DNA from: Macrostomum lignano
Lineage: Eukaryota
DNA: 64,000 nucleotides
Assembly: GCA_002269645.1 (NCBI GenBank)
Contig: NIVC01001519.1
Coordinates: forward strand, 186,001 to 250,000
Direction of reading: 5' to 3'
A program made the translations under genes and the position numbers. Every line of letters begins with the position of its first letter. Position 1 is the stretch's first letter. This document shows positions 1 through 10,652 of the stretch, piece after piece. The notes beneath the pieces were generated by a model. That model saw only the letters and a list, made by a program, of their open reading frames with translations, did no database searches and was not told the origin of the DNA.

Positions 1-2
1 GG

Positions 3-2361
3 CCTCTGCTGGTGAGGAACGGCACCCGGGGCTGGCGGGCGCACCAGTACTTCAGCTACGAGTTCATCAGAGACCTGCACGACCGGCATCCATCAGCCTA
101 CGGCCATGGACCCAATATTAAGGTAAATAATTGGGATGGTAGTAGTATAGCTCAGGCTTGGAGTGCTTCGATTCTTCAATCAGTCGTAGAGAAATCGATA
201 TGGCAAAACTCGAGATCCCGACGTCAATTTGAACCACAAAATATTGTATACCTGCCAATTCAGTAAATTAAAAATACACACTGATGCAACTTACAATGTG
301 TATTACATGTATGAAATAAATTATAGGTAAATTTACGTATCTGATACGATCTATTAACAGTATAAATTCAAGAAAAATACGTTAAGGGCTTAAGTTAGTC
401 TTAAGTTAAGCTGCTAACATCTAATATATGTAAAGCCATTTTAATGCTATAAACAGAGAAAACTTCCTACTTTGATATAACAACGACTTAAGTAGGATGG
501 CCACCTTGTATCTTACTTATCTAAATTCCTATTTCGTATTTCTAAAATCATGTCGTCCTTGTTTAAACTTCTCCACCTCAAGTAAAAGAATTAAGCGCAT
601 TTTGCGAGTTTATCGTCTTTAGAGTCTAATTTCGTTGTCCATGCGACTGTCAGTTTGCTTTGTATTTTTAAACCCATTGAGTGGCTTCTCTGAACAACAT
701 CACCTACCAACGCATTCCAGGTAATCGATCCGTTCAACGTTGAGCTGGCCACCTTGCACGACGCGCTGCACATGTCGGAGGAGCGTCGTCGTCGTCCGTT
801 CTACTTCGGCTGGAAGAATCTCAATCGAGGCGTTTGCCTTGAGCTGATGAACTACCACGAGCGTCCGTACTATCTTGGGCCGGAGATTGAGCACCCGGCT
901 GCTGATTGGTTCTATATTGGCAGCGCTAGCAGGGCGGCTCTTTTGCATGTGAGCTTGGAAGCCGATTGGAGAGACTGGAGCTGATAGGTGCTGGTGTACA
1001 GTGAGGGGTAGGGGGTTGGAAAAGCTGATTGGCGCTGGTGTAAAGTGAGGGGTAGGGGTTGGAGAAGCTGATAGGCGTGGGTGTACATTGAGGGGTAGGG
1101 GTTGGAGAAGCTGATAGGCGCTGGTGCACATTGAGGGTAGGGGTTGGAGAAGCTGATAGGCACTGGTGTACATTGAGGGGTAGGGGTTGGAGAAGCTGAT
1201 AGGCGTGGTTGTACATTGAGGGTAGGGGTTAGGGAAGCTGATAGGCGTGGGTGTACAGTGAGGGTAGAAGGTTTTAGACAGAAGCCTTAGCCTAAAAGTG
1301 AACTAAAGCCTATTTTTATCCAACTCCATTTGAATTCCAACATTGTTCACCAAAACCTGCGGGCTTCAATTTTTCAGATCGACTTTTTTTACCGGCCCTC
1401 TTGGCAGGCGCAGATCGCGGGCAGGAAACGGTGGATCTTGCAGCCGCCAGTTGAATGCGAGAGCGTCTGCTCGCCTCTGCAAGTCGACATCGAGCCCGGA
1501 GATATCTGTGAGCTTATTGTGCTTAAAACTGGTTTGGGGGTTGGTGCGACGGTTTGGGGGTTGGTGTAATGGTTTGGGGGTTGGTGCAATGGTTTGGGGT
1601 TGGTGTTGATGCAATGGTTTGGGGGTTGGTGTAATGGTTTGGGGTTGGTGTAATGGTTTGGGGGTTGGTGTAATGGTTTGGGGGTTGGTGCAATGGTTTG
1701 GGGGTTGGTGCAATGGTTTGGGGGTTGGTGTAATGGTTTGGGGGTTGGTGTTGATGCAATGGTTTGGGGGTTGGTGTAATGGTTTGCGGGTTGGTGCAAT
1801 GGTTTGGGGGTTGGTGTAATGGTTTGGGGGTTGGTGTAATGGTTTGCGGGTTGGTGTAATGGTTTGGGGGTTGGTGTAATGGTTTGGGGGTTGGTGTAAT
1901 GGTTTGGGGGTTGGTGCAATGGTTTGGGGGTTGGTGTAATGGTTTGGGTGTTGGTGTAATGGTTTGGGGGTTGGTGCAATGGTTTGAGGGTTGGTGTAAT
2001 GGTTTGGGTGTTGGTGTAATGGTTTGGGGGTTGGTGCAATGGTTTGGGGGTTGGTGTAATGGTTTGGGGGTTGGTGTAATGGTTTGGGGGTTGGTGTAAT
2101 GGTTTAAGTGTTCCTTTGGGTTGGTGTTGGCTTGGGAATGTGATATTTGGAGTTCTGAATTAGTTTACAAAGATTTTCATAGTCAGACTTTTTCTCATAT
2201 TCTACTGACAGTAGACGCACGCAAACCTGTATTGATTCATTGATATACATGTTAATTTGTTTCACACCGTTTCAGTGAACGTCGACCCCAATCAGTGGTA
2301 CCACGCAACCTACGTGCTAAATGAGACATTCAGCATCACCTTGGGTAGCGAATTTATGTGA
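3..2361 (+). CDS. JmjC/cupin-like 2OG-Fe(II) oxygenase (JMJD8-like invertebrate family), 5'-partial, last 4 exons
   Basis: Exons <1-122, 721-948, 1378-1507, 2276-2361 with GT-AG introns and matching phases. Spliced protein: PLLVRNGTRGWRAHQYFS..PFYFGW..DWFYIG..LLH|IDFFYRPSWQAQIAGRKRW..VDIEPGDI|LNVDPNQWYHATYV..EFM*. HxD...H facial triad present. Confidence 0.85.
985..1265. repeat. 43-bp G-rich intronic minisatellite
   Basis: Tandem GTACATTGAGGGGTAGGGGTTGGAGAAGCTGATAGGCGCTGGT units in a JmjC intron. Confidence 0.9.
1530..2105. repeat. 20-bp G-rich intronic minisatellite
   Basis: Tandem GTAATGGTTTGGGGGTTGGT units. Confidence 0.95.
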
Positions 2362-2694
2362 ACGTGTGCCAGACTTTTAGCTACCGTCATATCGAAAACA
2401 TTGTTTTATTGTTGTCTTAAAAAAGAAAAAATACAATTAATAATTTGCTTAATGAGGTTTGCTGAGTTGCAGATAAAAAATACAAAAATACTTTTTGGGC
2501 TTCACTTGCATTGATTTGCTGCAATTTATTCTGAACGGTTTAAATAAGCCCTATACTACATGAAGACAGCACATGCTGGTGGTGTGATTCAGAATAATTA
2601 GCCGTTATTAGCGTACAGAACTTTATGCATGAGCAGTTAGTTATAATAGTAAGATAGACAGACATGTAAGATTCATGAAAGATAGACAAGACAG

Positions 2695-2712
2695 ACAGCC
2701 GGACAGACAGTC

Positions 2713-2792
<80 letters not shown>
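2695..2792. repeat. (ACAG)n microsatellite
   Basis: Direct reading; paralogous tract at ~15003-15130 with homologous flanks. Confidence 0.95.
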
Positions 2793-2793
<1 letters not shown>

Positions 2794-4001
2794 CAAATCA
2801 GGCTCAAAGTACAAACAGAGACACTGAGGCAGACACCAAGAATACACAGAGAAAGACAGAACGATAAAGGGGGAACGATAAAGAACCTACAGGGGGTGTG
2901 GAGGGGAAGCGGGGGTGTGGGAGCGCCGAGCCCCCCTCACACGAGACCTCCGCTACCCAACAGCAAATTCGAGAGGTGAGGCGGGGGCGTGGGTTGGGTT
3001 CTTAATCTAAATATACAAATCTCTAAGGTTTGTATTCGGAGGTCCCGGGGCGGCACCGGACTACCACAATGGGCCACCCTGGACTCCACTGTGTGGATGA
3101 TGTACAGGATAACCTCGTATCGGATTGCAGCATCGCAGCAAATAACCAATCGTCTTAAAGTTTACCGTAAACCGACGTTTACTGGACTAATGTTAAATTT
3201 CCATGCTTTATGTCCGTCTCACTGGAAATTCTTGTTAGTTAGGTGCCTTCTTCACAGAGCCTACGAGGTGAGCAGTTCTTGGAGTTTATTCCACCAAGAG
3301 GTTCGTGCCCTGACTAAAATCCTCAGATCCAACGGTTACCCTCTCGGTTTTGTCAGCCGCATTATCAATGCGTTTGTCACCAAGAAAGTTTCCAGCGATG
3401 TGAGATCCTGGCAACCGGAGATAGATTCTTGGGACGCTCTGTTGGTTCTCCCATTTTTTGGTAACGTTTCGCTTGACTTCAGGAAAAAAACTTGAGAAAA
3501 CGTTTAGCAAATGGCTTAAGTCATCAAGTGCACCGTTAGGATTGTTTTTCGCACTGAAAAGATCGGTCGCTATGCTAGCAGGCTCAAGTCAGCTGTTCCA
3601 CTTGCTCTAAGGGCTGGTGTTGTTTACCAATTTCGCTGCTCTGAGGATCAGAGCGTTTTCTACATTGGAAAAACGAAGCGACACCTGCACACTAGAGCTA
3701 GGGAATATTGGCTAAAAAGCTCTGCGATTAATGACCATCTGCTTGTTTGTAAAAAATGTCGTGACAGTGAACCGATTCAGCTCTTTAAAGTGCTGGATGG
3801 GTGCAAATTTGACCATACGCTTAAGATTATTGAAGCTTCGTACGCTCGTATATCAGAATGCACAAACCCAACTTGAATGTGCAGCTTGCTGGCAATGGGG
3901 TGGAGCGTGAGCTAAGAGTACTGTGAGCAGAGCCGTGCCTATTTTTTTTTCTCTCTCTCTCTCCCTTCGTTGTGTACTTGGCACTTTTGAAATTCTACCG
4001 G

Positions 4002-6359
4002 TGTTATGGTTTAGGATCTCCGGGGGTCCGGTCAGTTTAGGGTGTCCGGGGCGGAGACCCTAAACGGTTTAGGATCTCCGCCCGGAGACCCTAAACCGTT
4101 TAGGATCTCCCCTGGAGACTTCTAACGGTTATGGGTCTCCGGGGTAGGAGATCTGAAACCGTTTAAGGGTCTTCGGGGCATTTTCAGGTCTCCGCACCCG
4201 GAGATCTTAAACCAGTTTCTGATCTCCCCCCAGGAGACTCTAAACCAGTTTCAGCTCTCCGTCAGGGCCGCAAAAACAAAGTCCTGGTTTAGGATCTCCG
4301 GTTTCCGATCTCCCCCCCCATTTGTGTAAAACCAATGGTCATGGTATTGACGCGTACATGTATAAGAAGTGGAAAGGCATTTTTATCATCAACGTAGCAT
4401 TAGTTTTATATGTATATGCTCGCACAACTGTGTATTTAAATGGAAAACTGTTTACTGTTAAAGTAATGAAGTAAATGTCCGCTTAGTGAAAAACCGGTGA
4501 TGCACTTTCAGCCGGTGCTTGGAGGAAGCATCTCTTGAGGTGTTTCCCATTGACACACCTGGTTAGTCCTCCTAGCCTGTACACGTTTTGACCAAGACAC
4601 CTGGTCACGATGTAGACTTGCTGACTCCAAGTGTATCGCATCTTACCACCCTTCCGATCGTCCCTGCGAAGATTGCGAAGCCTAACTCTGTCCCCTCGCT
4701 TCAGATCCTGAACCCCAGCTGCTCCCACGGTGTGACGCTTTCGCATCATTTCCTGGGCCTGCTTGATCCTGCTGGAGATTAGCTTTCGCACTGCCGCTCG
4801 CTTCTTGTCTTTGACTGCAACAGAACGCCTATTGGTTGCAGTGGGCTCAGGAACATCAGTTAGCGTTGCGGCATGCTCGCCAAGCAAAGGCTCAAAGCCA
4901 AAGGCGGCTCTGCAAAATGGCATGGCGCCTGCTTATATTCTACGGCATAAACTTCAATGATACATATGAGGTATTAATATCTTCTCTTTTTCTACCTGAA
5001 CGGCGAAAAGCCTGTCACCGAATGGCGTCTGCTGTTGTATGCGAGTTGAACATCATTCAACTTGGTGTCCCAGTCGGTTGGCTCTTCGGAATCACTGAGC
5101 TTCCTCAGGAGGTCAATGCAAGTTTGATTGAGTCGCTCGGTTTGACCGTTTGTCTGTGGATTCGAATAATGTATGTGCGTGAGTAGAATTCAAGAAAACA
5201 GCAACAGCTTATATGCGATAAAAAGAGACTTACCTGCGGGTGGTAGGCACTAGTTACTCTTCTTTCCGTCCCACCGGATTGTAAAAGAGCATCTACAACA
5301 GAGTTGCAAAACTCTCTCCCCTGATCGCTGAGAATCACCCTAGGCCAACCGAAAAGCCCAAAAATGTCCCTCAGTTCGGCAGCGATCGTCTGAGCTTGAA
5401 TGTTTGGTAACGCGCGGAAAATGGCAAATTCTGCTAATGAATTAGTTTCTGCTAATGAATAATTTGTAACTTGATAGACCTACCGTTGGGCGTGGTGGTC
5501 GGCATTGTGATGCAATCCATGCACAGGAATCCAAAGAGGCGCTCTGCATTAGAAGGTACTTCAACCGGGTAAAGCTCCCTCTGCTTTGAGGTAAACTTTT
5601 TGTTGACCAGCTCGCACCTGTCACAAGACTCGACCACTGCCTTGGCAATCGGTGTGACGGGGATGTCAGCATAGTATCGTGCAGTAAAAAGGCTCACTGT
5701 GCTGTTGACACCCACGTGACTTCCTTGCGAGTGAAGGCTGCGGATCTTATCCCGTACCTCTTCCTCTGTGAAAAGTACTCTGCGATGGTCTTCAGGCCGC
5801 ATTCGCTGACTGTCGTCCTTATTAGTCACCCTGTAGTAAAGCGCTCCGTCATGGATGGAGAAACGCTTGCTCTTTTCTCTAATACGTCTTTTTAAGTTGG
5901 CCTTATCTTTGGCGTCCAATCTGGCTGGTACCTGCGTATATTCATTGTTTAGGACGTAGAAAAATATTTGATTGAGCGAAGCCATCAAGCTTTGAAATGC
6001 AGAAATCGACGAAAATCACACAGCACAAACCTTTCTTATCATCTGCCCAATATAAATGTTTACAGCGCTTCCCGCCACCCATAAAATATGAGTACAAAGC
6101 TGATCTCCAAAATGTGCAAAGCCTATTGAAAGTTACGCAAGACTGCTCACACTTTGGGGTGCCAATCTCGATGTACATAGAAGTAGCTTTAATTTTCATA
6201 TAGGAAAGAACCGCGGAGATCCTAACACGGCGGAGACCTGTAACTCTATCTTATGTTATGGTTTCCGATCTCCGTGTGGGCGATCTTAAAATGACACAAT
6301 TTTCAGTTTGTGATCTCCGGGCCGGAGACCCTAAAACGCGGAGATCCTAAACTCTAACA
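4002..6359 (-). mobile_element. Ginger1-type DNA transposon (element A)
   Basis: Ends TGTTATGGTTTAGGATCTCCG ... CGGAGATCCTAAACTCTAACA (19/21 inverted match). CCGG at 3998-4001 and 6360-6363. Dense GGAGATC/GATCTCC subterminal motifs. Encodes a gypsy-like DDE integrase with introns. Confidence 0.9.
4483..5985 (-). CDS. Ginger1 integrase/transposase (~427 aa, 4 exons, probably damaged)
   Basis: Exons 5985-5484, 5430-5234, 5153-4996, 4909-4483 splice in frame (1284 nt). H2C2 (HSQGSH..CDRC), D (CMDC), D (ILSDQGREF), E (HPQ|TNGQTERLN), SPF|RAAFG, C-terminal GDRVRLRN..RKGGK..W domain. Confidence 0.85.
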
Positions 6360-6363
6360 CCGG

Positions 6364-7451
6364 TATTACGGTTTAGAAACTCCGGGGCTCTGGTCAGTTT
6401 TGGGTCGCCGATCCGGAGACTGCAAACGGGCTGGGATCTCCGACCGGAGATCTTAAAGGGTTTAGGATCTCCTTCGGAGAATACAAACGGTTAGGGATCT
6501 CCACGATCGGAGATCCGTAACCGTTGTGGGATCTCCGGGGCATGGTCAGGTCTCCCTATCCGGAGATCCAAAACCAGATTCTGTTATCCCCTCGGAGATT
6601 CTACACCGTTTGCCGATCTCCGTCACGAGTGCAAAAACTAAGGTTTGGTTTAGGATCTCCGGTTACCGATCTCCCCATTTTTATAAAGTCCGAAATCGTA
6701 ATCGTGCAACGAGTGTTGTTGTAGTTTCCTTCTCTTAACCGTTTAACAATTTTCATCGAAGTATAAAAGGTAGTAAAAATCGCTAACAATGTCAGTCATT
6801 TTTTCCATTTCAAGACATTTTACATTCCGTACGATCGTAGTTTAACGTTTCACTGTAGCCAGTATATTTTGCAGCTGTCATGCGCCATACCAGGGCAGAA
6901 ATACGAGCTAGAAACCTTTGATAAATACTCGTACGAGTGCCGTCAGTTCAGAGTCCCGCATGCGATTCTAATGAAAAACTGCAGATTCGCTCAACCATTG
7001 TACTTGTATTTGACAAGTAGAAAGTAAAGATAACCGCAAACTGACAATTGCTCACAATATGTTTTATTTCACTGCTTATATATGACAATCAAATCCCTCG
7101 ACAAATGCACAGAGACGAAAAATGATGCACAAGTCTGGCCAACCCTAAATTTAGCCCTCACAGGGCATGCAAATGTACGATGTACTAGATGGATGAACTC
7201 ATCGAAAAGTTGCGCAAGCTATAGGCTGCTCGCGAGCTGGGCTTTCTAGAATCAGAGAAATGTAATTTATCTCTTATCTTCCAATTTTCTAAGATAATAA
7301 TACTCCGGAGAGTCTAGCATGGCGGCGATCTGTAACCTTATCCTATGTCATGGTTCCTGATATCCGTGAGGGCGATTGTAAAATCGCGTAATTTTTTTGG
7401 TTGGATCGCCGGGCCGGAGATCCTTAACTCCGGAGAGCAGAAACCCTAACA
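6364..7451. mobile_element. Non-autonomous Ginger1-related element (element B)
   Basis: Starts TATTACGGTTTAG (TGT>TAT), ends AAACCCTAACA. Flanked by CCGG at 6360-6363 and 7452-7455. Left and right subterminal regions homologous to element A. No integrase ORF seen. Confidence 0.8.
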
Positions 7452-7535
7452 CCGGAGTGTTTTGACCCGCCTTTGGACTGTACAGTTTGTTTTGCTTAAA
7501 TATATTGGTGTTGTGTATTAAGGTTAATTGAATTT

Positions 7536-7573
7536 GCCCTGACGACGTCTTGTGTTTGACGAAACGCGTTGGC
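7536..7573 (+). ncRNA. Minimal type I hammerhead ribozyme of the Penelope-like element
   Basis: GCC-CTGACGA-C-GTC[TTGTGTTT]GAC-GAAA-CGCG-TT-GGC: stem I GCC/GGC, core CUGANGA and GAAA, stem II GTC/GAC, palindromic stem III ACGCGT, cleavage triplet GUU. Confidence 0.8.
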
Positions 7574-8035
7574 TAGAAAGAAAAGTTTATTTTTATTTTA
7601 TGTTTTCGTTGACGTTTATTTTCATACTTTGTTAGACGAGCTACACTTCCACAATCGTCCCACCTTTAAAGACTACAGAGTCTTCATTCACTAGTTATTC
7701 TAGTATCTGTGGCTCAAGCAGGAAGCAGTCATTAATGCTCGGATTGCAGCCAAGAGTTGAGAAGCCATAAAAGCAGCAAATCCGGAGCCGAGATGCGCAA
7801 CCACAGAGTCAGTCAGTCGGAATGCATTCCGTATAGGAAGTCGTAAAAAAGGAGGCAGTAAGCAAACGGGGCGGATAAAATTGATCGCTGCTTCTGTTGG
7901 CATCCAACGGCCGATCGAATACTAAGGCAGTCAACGTTTTGCTGGCTTGTGGTTTCTTATTAAACAGTCGAAGGAAAAAGGAACGGAAAATCCAGGAAAA
8001 GTTCTGATAGCAGAAATTACCTTTTTGCTTTCGCT

Positions 8036-10127
8036 ATGAAGACGCCAAATAATTCGTGTCTTCTGCTACTGATTCTGTCATCGGCATCTGTTGCCTTAGG
8101 AGCAACCCGAGCAGACGACTATTTCACTTCGATCTCTCACGTCGCCAAGCTCTGCTCGTCAAGAGCTCGTCTGGCCGACGCTCTGCTCAACTACGCCGAG
8201 ACAGAGTCGAGTCGACTCGAACGGTTGCGACAATTTGCTGACACTTTGCGCTCCAATGACGGCAACGTGTCGGGAATTGAGCACCCGGTTGAGGCCTACG
8301 TCACTATCCGACAGATGAGCCGGGAGTGGAAGGCGCTGCTAGGCCAATGCGACTGTACTGAGACCTACCAGCTGGTGGCCAAGTCTGCGGGGATTCGGCC
8401 GCCAGCAGAGGACGACTACGATGGAGCCGCCGATGCGCTGCTGCGGCTGCAGGACGTCTACAGGATCTCGGCGGCTGCCATGGCCAGGGGCCGGTTGGAA
8501 GTCAACTCTAAAAACAGATCTGGCGATGGGGAACAAACGGACAGTGGGCCCCTGATGCTCACTGGTGAGTCTTCTAGTTTAAGGGCCAACTATGTAGGCT
8601 AGGTTTGGCTTTGAGTAATTCCACAAACAGATCAAGACAACATTCGATCTGCTCGCGCACACAAAAAGATGTCGTACGCGACTTCCGATTGATGGGACTT
8701 GAAACAAAATTTCAAATTGCAGCCGAGGACGCGATCCACCTGGCCACAAGGGCATTCAACACCAGCCTGCTCTCGATCGGCATGGACTGGGCCCGGCTGC
8801 TGCTGATGTCCGACGCATTTCCTGACTGGTCGACTGAGCGAAAGCTAAGTCGGGCGCTGGATCTGCTGCAGCTGGCGGCTCAATTGGTAAGTTTACCGTT
8901 TGCTCAACTTTCGTTACTCAGTTGCTGTCCAGGCGTAGAGAGAGGCGTAGCGTGTACCAACACTCCAAAAAGTAGGCTCGAACCCATACACACGCCCACA
9001 CAGGGTGTACCGCCCTATGAGCCCTATGACTTTCTACTCGTTGTGCATGTGCATTCTCTGTGCCTTGGGGGGGCCTTTCGCACACAAGCCTCAAATGAAC
9101 GTAGGCCGCGCTTGGAATCGAACAAGGGGTCGTAGCGCGAGAGTCGGACTCGTTTATCGCTGAGATGCTCTGCTATACAGCCAGAAATCGCCAAAAGATC
9201 CCACATAGACCCAGAAATATTATATTTAAACACACCAAACCTATGACTTTGTGTGAATGTAAACCTGCGCTTTTAAGACATTTGATCGGTGTTCAATGCG
9301 TTTGTTTAATTAACAAAAGCTAGTTATTTTTTGGCGTCAATTTGAATCCTAGATTCATCGTTTAAACCGACGAAAAACTACACAGGATCGATTAATGGTC
9401 AATACTCAAGTAGTCATAAGTATATTTACTCAGATTTGCGACCTGAGATTTGGAGATGTTGCTAGAAGTGTTTTAACTGCCAACCCTACAGGGGGATCGT
9501 GTGCTAGTCTAAATATACTAAATCTCTAAGGTTTGTATGTCCATAACGCTCTAGTCTTACATACTAAATTTACCTTAATAAAAGCAACTGATTTTCATCG
9601 CAACCGTCGTAGCCTTCATCTCAAGGCGGCAGCCAGATCGGCGCCTTTCTCGAAAACATGTGGAACAAGACCAGCGGCAACTTGACTAAGGCAGCGGCCA
9701 AGATCTCCAGCCAGATCAAAGTCATTTCCGACGGAGAAAAGGAGACAGAAAACTATAAGGAGATCTGCCGAGAGGGCAGCCGGACCAATAATCACAGCTC
9801 CAGCCTGACCTGCCGGCTTGCAGTTCCTCATCCGTTCTTCACTCTGGCGCCGGTCAAAGAGGAGCTGCTCAACTCCGATCCCAGGGTAACCTTCCTGTAC
9901 GACATCCTCACTGACAGGGAGAGCGACCGCCTGACTGAGGTCGCTGACCCCAGACTTCAACGCGCCAGAGTCGGCGGCGGGGTTTTCACCAAGATCCGGG
10001 TCAGCAAGAGCGCCTTCCTGCGTGACAAAGAGGACTGGTCGGTGGAGCGAGTCAACCGCAGGTAAAACAACCTATCTCTCTATCTATCTATCATCTATCT
10101 ATCTATCTATCTAATCTACTGGTATCC

Positions 10128-10185
<58 letters not shown>

Positions 10186-10652
10186 TTATCGATCGATCTA
10201 TCTATCCATCTATGGGCCACAGACACAAGCAGCTATTAAATAACCATTCTCAATCGTCCCACAGGCTGGGACTGGTCACAGGGTTGAACGTGAGCGACTC
10301 GGACCCGCTGCAGCTGGGCAACTACGGCATCGGAGGCCAGTACGAGCCCCACTTGGACAGCAAAGGTGTCGGCCTGGCCAAAGGCAACAGCAGGCTAGCC
10401 ACCGCGCTGCTGTACCTCAACAATGTTAAGCAGGGCGGTGGCACGGTGTTCACTCGGCTGGGTCTGCGAGTCCAACCGGTGAAGAACGGCGCCCTCTATT
10501 GGCACAATTTGCGGCGCAATTCTAGCGATATTTTCGACACTTTACACGCCGCCTGCCCGGTGCTGGAGGGCTCCAAGTGGGTGGCCAATAAGTGGATCTA
10601 CTATATGGGACAGATGGCCAGCTGGCCTTGCGGACTGAGCCAGTTGGAGTGA
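8036..10652 (+). CDS. P4HA: Prolyl 4-hydroxylase alpha subunit, copy 1 (509 aa)
   Basis: Exons 8036-8564, 8723-8886, 9613-10061, 10265-10652 in frame. Signal peptide, YFTSIS N-terminal motif, LTAED, LQLGNYGIGGQYEPHLD (HxD), TLHAACPVLEGSKWVANKW (distal His, 2OG-binding Lys). Confidence 0.93.
9508..9554 (+). mobile_element. 47-bp Helitron-like micro-insertion in P4H copy 1 intron 2
   Basis: Present in copy 1, absent at the matching site in copy 2 (~17425). Begins TC and ends CTAG followed by T. Its first ~30 nt match the motif at 3006-3035. Confidence 0.4.
10072..10212. repeat. (TATC)n microsatellite in P4H copy 1 intron 3
   Basis: Direct reading; paralogous tract in copy 2. Confidence 0.95.

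Larger units (their letters stand above)
3130..7690 (+). mobile_element. 5'-truncated Penelope-like retroelement (RT thumb + GIY-YIG endonuclease), interrupted by Ginger insertions at 4002-7451
   Basis: VYRKPTFTGLMLNF..RAY..LRSNGYP (PLE RT thumb), then after a frameshift near 3490 AGVVYQFRC..FYIGKTKRHLHTRARE (GIY-YIG). The 3' region resumes at 7456 with a minimal hammerhead ribozyme. Outer limits approximate. Confidence 0.85.

Noticed and set aside
700-2099. Long Pro/Thr/His-rich and Trp/Gly-rich ORFs (e.g. 1389..2039)
   Set aside because: Translations of intronic minisatellites; the real coding exons are the short GT-AG-bounded JmjC segments.
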